IMG/VR virus record: IMGVR_UViG_3300017716_000369
Location: 1-40,600 of that record
Source: a virus
Taxonomy: Duplodnaviria > Caudoviricetes
Reading direction: 5' to 3' (one strand)
DNA length: 40,600 nt
Part shown: piece after piece, positions 9,297 to 18,200 of the stretch
Layout of the letters: the number at the start of each line of letters is the position of its first letter
Position numbering within the stretch: position 1 is the first letter of the stretch
Made by a program: the position numbers and the translations under genes
The notes under the pieces: model-generated
Database searches by the model: none
Told to the model about the DNA's origin: nothing
The model's input: only the letters and a program-made list of their open reading frames with translations

Positions 9297-9525
9297 GACA
9301 GGTGGTTTAAATGCTAAAGGTGTTGCTTCATACAGAAAAGAAAACCCTGGATCAAAGCTACAAACAGCCGTTACGACAGCTCCTTCTAAATTAAAACCTG
9401 GAAGTAAAGATGCTAAACGAAGAGCATCATTCTGTTCTAGAATGTCTGGGATGCCAGGTCCAATGAAGAAACCTAATGGAGAACCTACTAGAAAGAAGCT
9501 AGCTTTGGACAAGTGGAACTGCTAA
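9253..9525 (+). CDS. small basic phage protein, DUF6321-like
   Basis: GGLNAKG..SY, RRASFCSRM.GM and the terminal KWNC motif are characteristic of this family as I recall it. Confidence 0.75.
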   Translation: MAKTAAWQRAEGKSKTGGLNAKGVASYRKENPGSKLQTAVTTAPSKLKPGSKDAKRRASFCSRMSGMPGPMKKPNGEPTRKKLALDKWNC

Positions 9526-9546
9526 ATAACATATAAAATTAATACT

Positions 9547-9554
9547 TAACTTTG
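9547..9554 (+). promoter_or_regulatory. -7 promoter element TAACTTTG (capsid operon)
   Basis: TAnnTTTG match in the intergenic region, 15 nt before ATG 9570. Confidence 0.65.
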
Positions 9555-9569
9555 CAAAAAAAATAAGAT

Positions 9570-10244
9570 ATGGCACAAGTACCTAGTGGAACTAGATTTA
9601 TAGGAATAGCAACGTCAGTTGATTTGGTTGAAAGAAAATCTTCTGTACTTAATTCACAAACACAACCTTTTACAATAGAAGACATTGGAGATACTGTTGG
9701 ATCTACTGCAAGTACAAAAGGACTTGTAGGTTCTACTGCTTCGGCTCCTTTTAGTGTATTAGAATATGACATAAATACAGTTACAGGTAACTCTGGAGAT
9801 ACGGTTATACTTCCATTAAATGCTCCTATAGGTAAAGTAGTTTCAGTTACTTCTAATTTAAGTCCGCTTAATATTAAGGCGTATAATCAAGGATCAACTA
9901 TAGTTGTAAATAACTCATCAAGTAATACAAATAATTATCAGTTACTTAGTTTTGACACCGTAAAATTTATATCTTTAGGATCTGATTTTTGGGTAGCAGA
10001 AATTGTATCAGGTACAAACATTACTTATAACGGTAAAAAAATAGGAACTACTTTCGGTTATGTTATTGTAGATACTATTAATAACGCTACAGTAATTGCT
10101 TTATCTGCAAGTAGTTTAAATACAACTTATCCAAACACATTGTACCCTTTAGGAACAAAGATTATATGTCCCAATATAGGTTTGATGTATATAAAAATAT
10201 CAGTGAACGGTTGGGTGTCAACACCTATTACAGCTGTAGTATAA
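9570..10244 (+). CDS. putative head decoration / structural protein
   Basis: S/T/N-rich beta protein between portal and scaffold genes. Confidence 0.5.
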   Translation: MAQVPSGTRFIGIATSVDLVERKSSVLNSQTQPFTIEDIGDTVGSTASTKGLVGSTASAPFSVLEYDINTVTGNSGDTVILPLNAPIGKVVSVTSNLSPLNIKAYNQGSTIVVNNSSSNTNNYQLLSFDTVKFISLGSDFWVAEIVSGTNITYNGKKIGTTFGYVIVDTINNATVIALSASSLNTTYPNTLYPLGTKIICPNIGLMYIKISVNGWVSTPITAVV

Positions 10245-10270
10245 TAAAATTAAAATTAAAATTAAATTAA
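10245..10270 (+). repeat. short tandem repeat (TAAAAT)x3 + TAAAT + TAA in the scaffold leader
   Basis: taaaat taaaat taaaat taaat taa fills the whole intergenic gap before ATG 10271. Confidence 0.7.
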
Positions 10271-11353
10271 ATGGAAAATTTCACAGTAAAAGAAGTGGGT
10301 GCTGTTGAACAAAAGTCAGTACAAGAAATTGAACAACAACTTTTAGACAATCACGAAGAAAGTTTACAACAACAACAACAGGTAGTAGTGCCTGAAGTTG
10401 TAATTGAGGAAGAGGCTCCTAAGGAGTACGGAGACTCAGATGTTCTTTCTTATATTAAGAATCGATATAATAAAGAAGTTAACTCTATTGACGAGTTGCT
10501 TCAAAAAAGAGAAGAGGCAGAAGAGTTACCTGGTGACGTATCTGCATACTTCAAGTATAAAAAAGAGACTGGAAGAGGTATCGAAGATTTTGCTAAGTTA
10601 AGTAGAGATTTTGATAGTTTAAATCCAGATCAATTATTAGCAGAGTACTACTCTCAGACAGAAGAAGATTTAGACCAAGATGATATCGCGTATATGATTG
10701 AGGATAAGTTTGCTTATGATGAGGATCTTGATGAACCAAAGGACATTAAGAAGAAGGAGATTGCTAAGAAAAAAGAGCTTGCTAAAGCAAAGAAATTTTT
10801 TGAGGATTCAAAAGAAGCGTATAAAATACCTGTCGAGTCGAAAGGTGGTTTAGTTTCAGATGATGAGAAAGAATCTTACGATGCTTACAAGAAATATGTT
10901 CAAGAATCACAGACCTATCAGCAAGAGAGTTCTAGAAAATCTGAATATTTTCAAAAAAAGACTGAAGAAATTTTTTCCAATGAGTTCAAAGGTTTTGAGT
11001 TCAATGTTGGAGATAAGAGTATAACGTTTTTACCTGGAGATGTCATAGAATTAAAGAATGCTCAATCAGATGTTACAAACTTCATATCTAAACACTTAGA
11101 TGCGAATGGATTAATATCAGATGCTAAGGGTTATCATCGTTCATTAGCAGCAGCTATGAATCCTGAGAAAATGGCTAAGTTCTTTTATGAGCAAGGCAAG
11201 ACTGACGCGTTATTAGATAGCACGAGAAAAATTAAGAATATAGATATGGAAATACGTAATGTACCACAGTCTAGCAGTCAATCAGGTTTTAAAGTTACAG
11301 CTTCAGATAGTGATAGTGGTAGAGGACTAAAAATTAGAAGTTATAAACAATAA
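10271..11353 (+). CDS. capsid scaffolding-like protein
   Basis: Very acidic, helical 360-aa protein directly upstream of the major capsid gene. Confidence 0.65.
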   Translation: MENFTVKEVGAVEQKSVQEIEQQLLDNHEESLQQQQQVVVPEVVIEEEAPKEYGDSDVLSYIKNRYNKEVNSIDELLQKREEAEELPGDVSAYFKYKKETGRGIEDFAKLSRDFDSLNPDQLLAEYYSQTEEDLDQDDIAYMIEDKFAYDEDLDEPKDIKKKEIAKKKELAKAKKFFEDSKEAYKIPVESKGGLVSDDEKESYDAYKKYVQESQTYQQESSRKSEYFQKKTEEIFSNEFKGFEFNVGDKSITFLPGDVIELKNAQSDVTNFISKHLDANGLISDAKGYHRSLAAAMNPEKMAKFFYEQGKTDALLDSTRKIKNIDMEIRNVPQSSSQSGFKVTASDSDSGRGLKIRSYKQ

Positions 11354-11365
11354 AAAACAAAGACT

Positions 11366-12763
11366 ATGTCAGTATTGCCAACACCTGGGTTTTCATTAAC
11401 CCCATCGGCTGAAAGAAAAACTCTTTCAACCAATTATATTACAGATTTCAACTTCTTGAACCAGTATCTTCCTGATACTTACGAGAAAGAATTTGAACGT
11501 TACGGAAATCGCTCAGTTGCATCTTTCTTAAGAGCAGTTGGAGCTGAAATGCCATCTAACTCTGACCTTATCAAATGGGCAGAACAAGGTCGTTTACACA
11601 CTAAATATGTAAACTGTGACTCTAACTCAGCTGCTGGTTCCGATACAGCTACTTTTACCGTTCTTGATACTGTAGCTGGACAAATTGCTTTTAGAGTAGG
11701 TCAAACTGTTTTCTTATCTGATAATGCTGTTGCAGCTAACTCTAACAAAGCTATCATTACAGCTGTAGACTATACTGCTGATACATTTACTGTTGCTTAT
11801 TATGAAGGTGGTGGACAAACATTTGGTACTACTGCTGTAATTACTGCATTTGTTTATGGTTCTGAATTTAAAAAAGGAACTGAAGGAATGCAAGAATCTC
11901 TTGAGTCAGTTGATGATATCTTCGAGAATAGCCCAATTATCATCAAAGATAAATATGCAGTATCTGGTTCAGATATGGCACAAATTGGATGGGTAGAAGT
12001 TACTACTGAAAACGGAGCTACTGGATACTTATGGTACATTAAATCAGAGCATGAAACTCGTTTACGTTTTGATGACTACTTAGAAATGAGTATGATTGAA
12101 GCGGTTCCTGCTGAAACTGGATCTGGAGCTATTGCTGCTGGTGGAGCTGTTGGTAACAAAGGTTCTGAAGGTCTTTTCTATTCTATCAACGATAGAGGAA
12201 ACGTTTGGGGAGGTGGTAACCCAGTTGCCTTAGCTGACTTTGACGCTATTATCCAAAGACTTGACAAACAAGGAGCTATCGAAGAGAATGTATTGTTCTT
12301 GAATCGTCAGTTCTCTTTTGATGTTGATGATATGTTAGGAGCACAATCTTCTAATGCTGCAGGTGGAGTTTCTTACGGTTTATTTGATAACGATAGAGAT
12401 ATGTCATTGAACTTAGGTTTCACAGGTTTCCGTAGAGGTTATGATTTCTACAAAACTGACTGGAAATACTTAAACGATGCTACATTAAGAGGTGGTATTG
12501 TAGGTGGTTCTGTTAATGGAGTATTAGTACCTGCTGGTTCTACTACAGTTTATGACCAAGTTCTTGGTAAAAACGCTAAACGTCCATTCTTACACGTACG
12601 TTACAGAGCTTCTGAAACTGAAGACAGACGTTACAAAACTTGGATCACTGGTTCTGCTGGTGGAGCTTCTACTTCTAGCTTAGATGCTATGGAAGTTCAC
12701 TTCTTATCTGAAAGAGCTTTATGTACTTTAGGTGCAAACAACTTCTTCATCTTTGAAGCATAA
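11366..12763 (+). CDS. major capsid protein
   Basis: 465 aa; strongly biased codons (GCT/GGT/ACT/TTC/AAC) suggesting high expression; follows the scaffold and is followed by a strong terminator. Confidence 0.88.
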   Translation: MSVLPTPGFSLTPSAERKTLSTNYITDFNFLNQYLPDTYEKEFERYGNRSVASFLRAVGAEMPSNSDLIKWAEQGRLHTKYVNCDSNSAAGSDTATFTVLDTVAGQIAFRVGQTVFLSDNAVAANSNKAIITAVDYTADTFTVAYYEGGGQTFGTTAVITAFVYGSEFKKGTEGMQESLESVDDIFENSPIIIKDKYAVSGSDMAQIGWVEVTTENGATGYLWYIKSEHETRLRFDDYLEMSMIEAVPAETGSGAIAAGGAVGNKGSEGLFYSINDRGNVWGGGNPVALADFDAIIQRLDKQGAIEENVLFLNRQFSFDVDDMLGAQSSNAAGGVSYGLFDNDRDMSLNLGFTGFRRGYDFYKTDWKYLNDATLRGGIVGGSVNGVLVPAGSTTVYDQVLGKNAKRPFLHVRYRASETEDRRYKTWITGSAGGASTSSLDAMEVHFLSERALCTLGANNFFIFEA

Positions 12764-12772
12764 TTAATACCT

Positions 12773-12807
12773 TAACAGGGGAGTAAAATCCCCTGTTATT
12801 TTTTTTT
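12773..12807 (+). terminator. Rho-independent terminator after MCP
   Basis: Stem TAACAGGGGA / TCCCCTGTTA followed by a T run. Confidence 0.9.
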
Positions 12808-12828
12808 AAATAACTTAAATCTTATAAA

Positions 12829-13563
12829 ATGAAAAATGAATTAACGGATAAAGTGTATATCCTAAAGAAAAAAAATACGCCACTTACTTATATGTTGGCA
12901 TCAAGAAACACCCATAGAGCTGCATTATTGTATTTCGATGGTACTTCACAAAGAGCATTAAGATATGCAAGAAATCAAAAGAGTCCATTTGAGGACGAAC
13001 AAGATGGAAATGCTATTTTAGAACCTATTATCTTTGTAGACGGAGCGTTAAGTGTTACTAAAAATAATCCAGTTTTACAAAAATTCTTAGAAATTCATCC
13101 ATCTAATGGTAGTGTTTTTGAAGAAGTGAATACTGAAAAAGATGCAAATTCTGATGTAGAAAAATTATCAAGTGAATTAGATGCTCAGATTGTAGCAAGA
13201 GATTTAAGTATAGACTTACTTGAAGCTGTAGCTCGTGTATTATTAGGTTCAAAAATTGAGAAGATGTCTACTGCTGAATTAAAACGTGATGTTTTAGTTT
13301 ACTCAAGAAATAATCCTATTGACTTTTTAGAGATGTTGAACGATCCAATGCTTCAACTTCAAAATACTTGTGCTAAATTCTTTGAACACGACTTGCTTAG
13401 ATTAAAAAATAAAGGTAGAGATATTTATTTCAACTTATCTGCTAATAAAAAGAAATTACTTACCGTACCATTCGGAGAAAATCATATTTACATATTAGCG
13501 TCTTATCTTCAGACAGATGAGGGACTAGAGGTCTTACGACTACTAGAGAATCACGTTAAATAA
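12829..13563 (+). CDS. hypothetical phage protein downstream of MCP
   Basis: 244-aa ORF flanked by terminators. Confidence 0.75.
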   Translation: MKNELTDKVYILKKKNTPLTYMLASRNTHRAALLYFDGTSQRALRYARNQKSPFEDEQDGNAILEPIIFVDGALSVTKNNPVLQKFLEIHPSNGSVFEEVNTEKDANSDVEKLSSELDAQIVARDLSIDLLEAVARVLLGSKIEKMSTAELKRDVLVYSRNNPIDFLEMLNDPMLQLQNTCAKFFEHDLLRLKNKGRDIYFNLSANKKKLLTVPFGENHIYILASYLQTDEGLEVLRLLENHVK

Positions 13564-13569
13564 ATTAAT

Positions 13570-13600
13570 AAGCACCCTAAAAAATAGGGTGCTTTTTTTT
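13570..13600 (+). terminator. Rho-independent terminator
   Basis: Stem AAGCACCCTA / TAGGGTGCTT followed by a T run. Confidence 0.88.
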
Positions 13601-13602
13601 AG

Positions 13603-13610
13603 TATCTTTG
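13603..13610 (+). promoter_or_regulatory. -7 promoter element TATCTTTG (tail operon)
   Basis: TAnnTTTG match directly after the terminator, 15 nt before ATG 13626. Confidence 0.65.
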
Positions 13611-13625
13611 TAAAAAGTTTTATAA

Positions 13626-14327
13626 ATGATAAATTCGGTTAGAAACACTGTATTGTCTGTGATTAATAAGAATAATTTTGGGTATATTACACCTGATGAT
13701 TTTAACTTATATGCGAAACAGGCTCAGTTAGATATATTTGAGAACTACTTTTACCAGTACAATAATTGGGTAGTTAAGCAGAATGCTAGAATGTCTGGAA
13801 GTGGATATTCTGATATAGTAAAATCATTAGAAGAAACGATTGATATTTTTTCAACAACTGCTACATTGGCGTATGATTTACCATCTGGAACATTTGATAT
13901 ACCTACTGATTATTACTACTTAAATTCTATTAGATATAATAATACAAAGGAGATAGACAGAGTTACTCAAGACAAGTTGATGTACTTATTATCATCAAAT
14001 CTTACAAATCCGTCTACTATGTTTCCTGTGTACTCTATGGAGGGATCTTCATTGACAATATACCCAAGCACCATTGATTCATTGGTAAAGGCTCAGTATG
14101 TTAGAATGCCGAAGGATCCTAAGTGGACTTACTTTGAAGGTCTTATAGGAGGTGCTCCATTATTTAATCAATCAGATCCTCTTTATCAAGACTTTGAAAT
14201 ACCGTACTCTGATGAACCATTATTGATAGCTAAAATACTACAATACGCTGGTGTATCTATTAGAGAGTCTGATGTATATAACTTTGCTACTTCAGAAGAA
14301 ACCACTAACAAACAAACAGAGGGATAA
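13626..14327 (+). CDS. putative head-tail adaptor / tail ring protein
   Basis: 233 aa; GYITPDDFNLYAKQAQ, IPTDYYYL and YVRMPKDPKW patterns and position fit podovirus adaptor/ring proteins. Confidence 0.6.
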   Translation: MINSVRNTVLSVINKNNFGYITPDDFNLYAKQAQLDIFENYFYQYNNWVVKQNARMSGSGYSDIVKSLEETIDIFSTTATLAYDLPSGTFDIPTDYYYLNSIRYNNTKEIDRVTQDKLMYLLSSNLTNPSTMFPVYSMEGSSLTIYPSTIDSLVKAQYVRMPKDPKWTYFEGLIGGAPLFNQSDPLYQDFEIPYSDEPLLIAKILQYAGVSIRESDVYNFATSEETTNKQTEG

Positions 14328-14328
14328 T

Positions 14329-15246
14329 ATGGCTTACTTAAACGGTTATCAATACTATGAAAATTCTGGTAATAATCCTGAGAATGAAAACTGGGGTTCT
14401 TATCAATATATATCATTATCTGATTTAGTAAATAACTTCATGTTGATGTATGTTGGAAACGATAAATTAATAAACAACGTTAGTAAATACAATATTTTAT
14501 TTCATGCTAAGCGTGGTATTCAAGAGATAAATTATGATGCGTTAAAGGAAATAAAGATTCTTGAGATAAGTATTTGTGATGATTTAAAATTTGTACTTCC
14601 AAACAATTATGTTAACTATGTTAGAATGTCTTTATACAAGAATGGAATACTTAGACCTCTTTCTGAAAATATACAGGCGAATTATAGTAATAGTTATTTA
14701 CAAGATAATAACTGTAGAGTATTATTTGACCAGGATGGTGATGTTTTAGAGGGAACATCTATATTAGACTATGATAGAATCAATGACCAAGTAAGAACAA
14801 TATATCTAGGAGAGGGTAAATTCTCTGGTAGAGAGGGATATAATATTGACGGAAGATGGTATTTTGACTATAATGTTGGTTCTCGCTTTGGTTTAAATAC
14901 AGAGACAGCAAATTCAAATCCTACATACAGAATTGACAAGCAATCAGGGGTAATTAATTTTAGTTCTGGAATGGCTGGTGAGCTATGTATTTTAGAGTAT
15001 ATATCTGACGGAATGGAAGGTGGAGATGATTCTGAGGTTCAGGTAAATAAACTTGCTGAAGAGTTTATGTACGCATATATGAAGTACGCGGTATTAAATA
15101 ACAAAACAGGAGTTCAAGAATATGTCGTACAACGTGCTAAGAAGGATAAAACAGCTCTTTTAAGGAATGCAAAAATAAGATTGAGCAATATGCATCCTGG
15201 AAGATTATTGATGAATCTGAGAGGTAAAGACAAATGGATAAAATAA
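14329..15246 (+). CDS. putative tail ring / structural protein
   Basis: Likely start at ATG 14329 (MAYLNGY), 1 nt after the upstream stop; LPNNYVNYV and LEYISDG adaptor-like patterns. Confidence 0.6.
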   Translation: MAYLNGYQYYENSGNNPENENWGSYQYISLSDLVNNFMLMYVGNDKLINNVSKYNILFHAKRGIQEINYDALKEIKILEISICDDLKFVLPNNYVNYVRMSLYKNGILRPLSENIQANYSNSYLQDNNCRVLFDQDGDVLEGTSILDYDRINDQVRTIYLGEGKFSGREGYNIDGRWYFDYNVGSRFGLNTETANSNPTYRIDKQSGVINFSSGMAGELCILEYISDGMEGGDDSEVQVNKLAEEFMYAYMKYAVLNNKTGVQEYVVQRAKKDKTALLRNAKIRLSNMHPGRLLMNLRGKDKWIK

Positions 15247-15247
15247 T

Positions 15248-18200
15248 ATGGCAAACGTTGAGGTAAACTTCTTAGCTGGAAAAATGAATAAAGATTTTGA
15301 CGAGAGGATTGTTCCTCCTGGTCAATATATCGACGCATTAAATATTAGAATTGGATCTACTGAATTTAATAGCGTAGGAGCTATTGAAAACTCAAAGGGA
15401 AATACTAGACTAACAAACATAGAGTATAATGGAAGTGTTTTAAGTGAAAATGCTAAATGTATTGGTGTTTTTGAGGATGGAGTTAATGAAACTATATATT
15501 GGTTTATATGTGATCCAAATAATGTGGATTTAATATTGTCTTATAATACGAATAACGGAATCATAAAATACCACGTTATATCTACATCTGTATTAAACTT
15601 TGATCAACAATACCTTATAAATGCCATAAATAAAGTTGATAACTTATTATTTTGGACTGATAATCTTAATCCTCCAAGAAAAATAAATATAAATAGAAAT
15701 TATCCTAATCCAGTAATGGGAGTAGATTCTATTGATGAATCTGATATATCTGTTATTGTAGCTCCTCCAACTGAGGCTCCTACCATATTATTATCAAATA
15801 CTCCTGGTGAGGAAAACTATATGATAGAAAGATTTATATCATTTGCTTATAGATATAAATACAAGGATAATGAATATAGTGCATTATCTCAATTTAGTGA
15901 GATATCATTTGAACCAGGTACTTTTGAATTAGACTACTCTACATACACTAACAAGTCTATGCAGAATATATTTAATACTGTAAATGTTGGATTTAATACT
16001 GGAGATCATAATGTTATTGGGATTGATGTATGTTTTAAATTATCCGATTCTAATATTATAAATGTTATTGAAAGATATGATAGAGAAGAACAAGGATGGT
16101 TATTGGATAATGATACTAAATATATAGATTTTAATAATAGAAAAATATATACTGTTCTTACAGAAAGCGAATTGCTTAGATTATATGATAACGTACCTAT
16201 AGCTGCTAAGTCACAGACTATTATGGGTAATAGACTTATATATGGAAATTATGTAGACGGATATGATATTGATACTACATTAGATTACAGTTTAAATGTA
16301 ATAAATGAAACTATAGGATATTTAGAATTACCATATGAAATAACAAATGGTATTCAATATACAATTGATCCAGATAATATTATTATATCTGAAAACTCTG
16401 CTGTTTCAGTAGATTTAACTGGAGTTGAATTAGTTGAGGGTTCATTATTCTCAATGACATTTAGTTTGTTACACGAGAAATTCTCTGGATATGCTAACTA
16501 TGATAATCCTCCTACAAAACCAGCACCTCAGAATGAATTTGAAAATAACTTTGTATTTACATTAAGAAGAAATTATACAAGTGTGTATGATTTAGCAACA
16601 AGTGATGAATTTGTAAATGCTATATATACACATAAGCCATACGCTGATAGTTGTGATGGATTTTCAGTAACCGACCAATTTAATTGCTCTATAGTGGCTA
16701 AAGGGGCGTATCCTCCATTTGGTGCTTGGCAAGATATTGCTAGTGGTATTACTGGTATTGATGGTGGATTTACAATAACATCATCTCCTGGAAGTAATAT
16801 AATACAAGTTCAAGTACCAGCTGTTAAATTTCAGGTTGAGAATCCTGATAATGTTGGAACATATTTTTATGCTTATGAATACTTTAATAATTCAACATTT
16901 TCATCTGCATTTTCAAAGATAGGATCTAGAAGAAGTCTTCATAGCAATAGAGATTATGAGGTTGGTGTCGTATATATGGATAATTATTTAAGAAGTTCTA
17001 CGGCACTTGTAAATACTATGAATACTGTATTTATTCCAGCATCTGCATCAGAAACTAAGAATTATATTGTAGCAACTGTAAATAATTTAGCCCCTTCTTG
17101 GGCTACAAGATATAAATTTGTTTTAAAGCCGTCTAATAGTAATTATCAGATAGTATATTCAAATCAATTCTATGTCGAAGAAACTGGACTAACTTGGTTT
17201 AAATTAGAGGGAGATAATAGAAGTAAGGTTCAAGAAAATTCTACTCTTATAGTAAAGTCAGATACGAATGGTGTATTAAATAGTTTAATAAAAACAAAGG
17301 TATTAGAACTTAAGGCTCAGCCTGTAGATTTTATTACTGGAAATGTTAATGATGGTGGGGTTCTTATAAAGGAACCTGCTGGTATGTACATGGCATTAAA
17401 AGCATCTAATTTTGCTGCAGAATACAAACCTAATAGTTATATTGATTTTGGAGAAAAACAGACTGGAATGACTACTATATATCCTTGTAGTATTGATAAC
17501 CCTAATTATGTGGTTACAGTTCCTCCAACACCAGGCCCGTTAAATCAACCTTATATTCCTTATGATGTTCCTGCTGGTAGTAGAATACATATTCGTATTA
17601 GTTTAGATAGAAATGGTAGAGGTAGTTCTTGTGGATCATCTCACTACTTATTTGATAAAACATTTACCTCATCTCAAGATTATAATAATTTATTTGATTT
17701 CGTTCAAGGAGATAATGTAGATTTTGGTTCAGGAACTTATAGTGGAGGAGAAGATCCTAATGCAAATGATCAAGATCATACACTAGAAATATTTGATCCT
17801 AATTGCATAAGCATAACCAACAATTGTCATCTACCATTTATACAAGGAACCAATCGGTACCAATTTCAAGAAGATGTAGATACTGGTGAGTTATATTTAG
17901 TAGTGACTACTGGTACTCCAAGTTGTGGTGATCCAAATCCTAAGTACTCAAGAACATCAATACATATAGAGGTACAAAGAGCTGTGTCTTTAATGGTCTT
18001 TGAAACAGAGGCTGAAGATTCTGACGGAGAGATATACTATGAAGGAAGCGATAGCTTCCCTATTGTAGATAGATTTCACATGAGTGGAACTCAGGATGGA
18101 GATCAGTCTCAGACATCTTTGCTTCCAGCAATAGTTAATCTTAACTTCTTTAACTGTTTTACCTTTGGTAATGGTGTTGAGAGTTACAAGATAAATGACT

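Noticed and set aside
14251-14328. GTG start extension of ORF 14251..15246
   Set aside because: It overlaps the upstream gene by about 77 nt; ATG 14329 directly after the upstream stop is more plausible.
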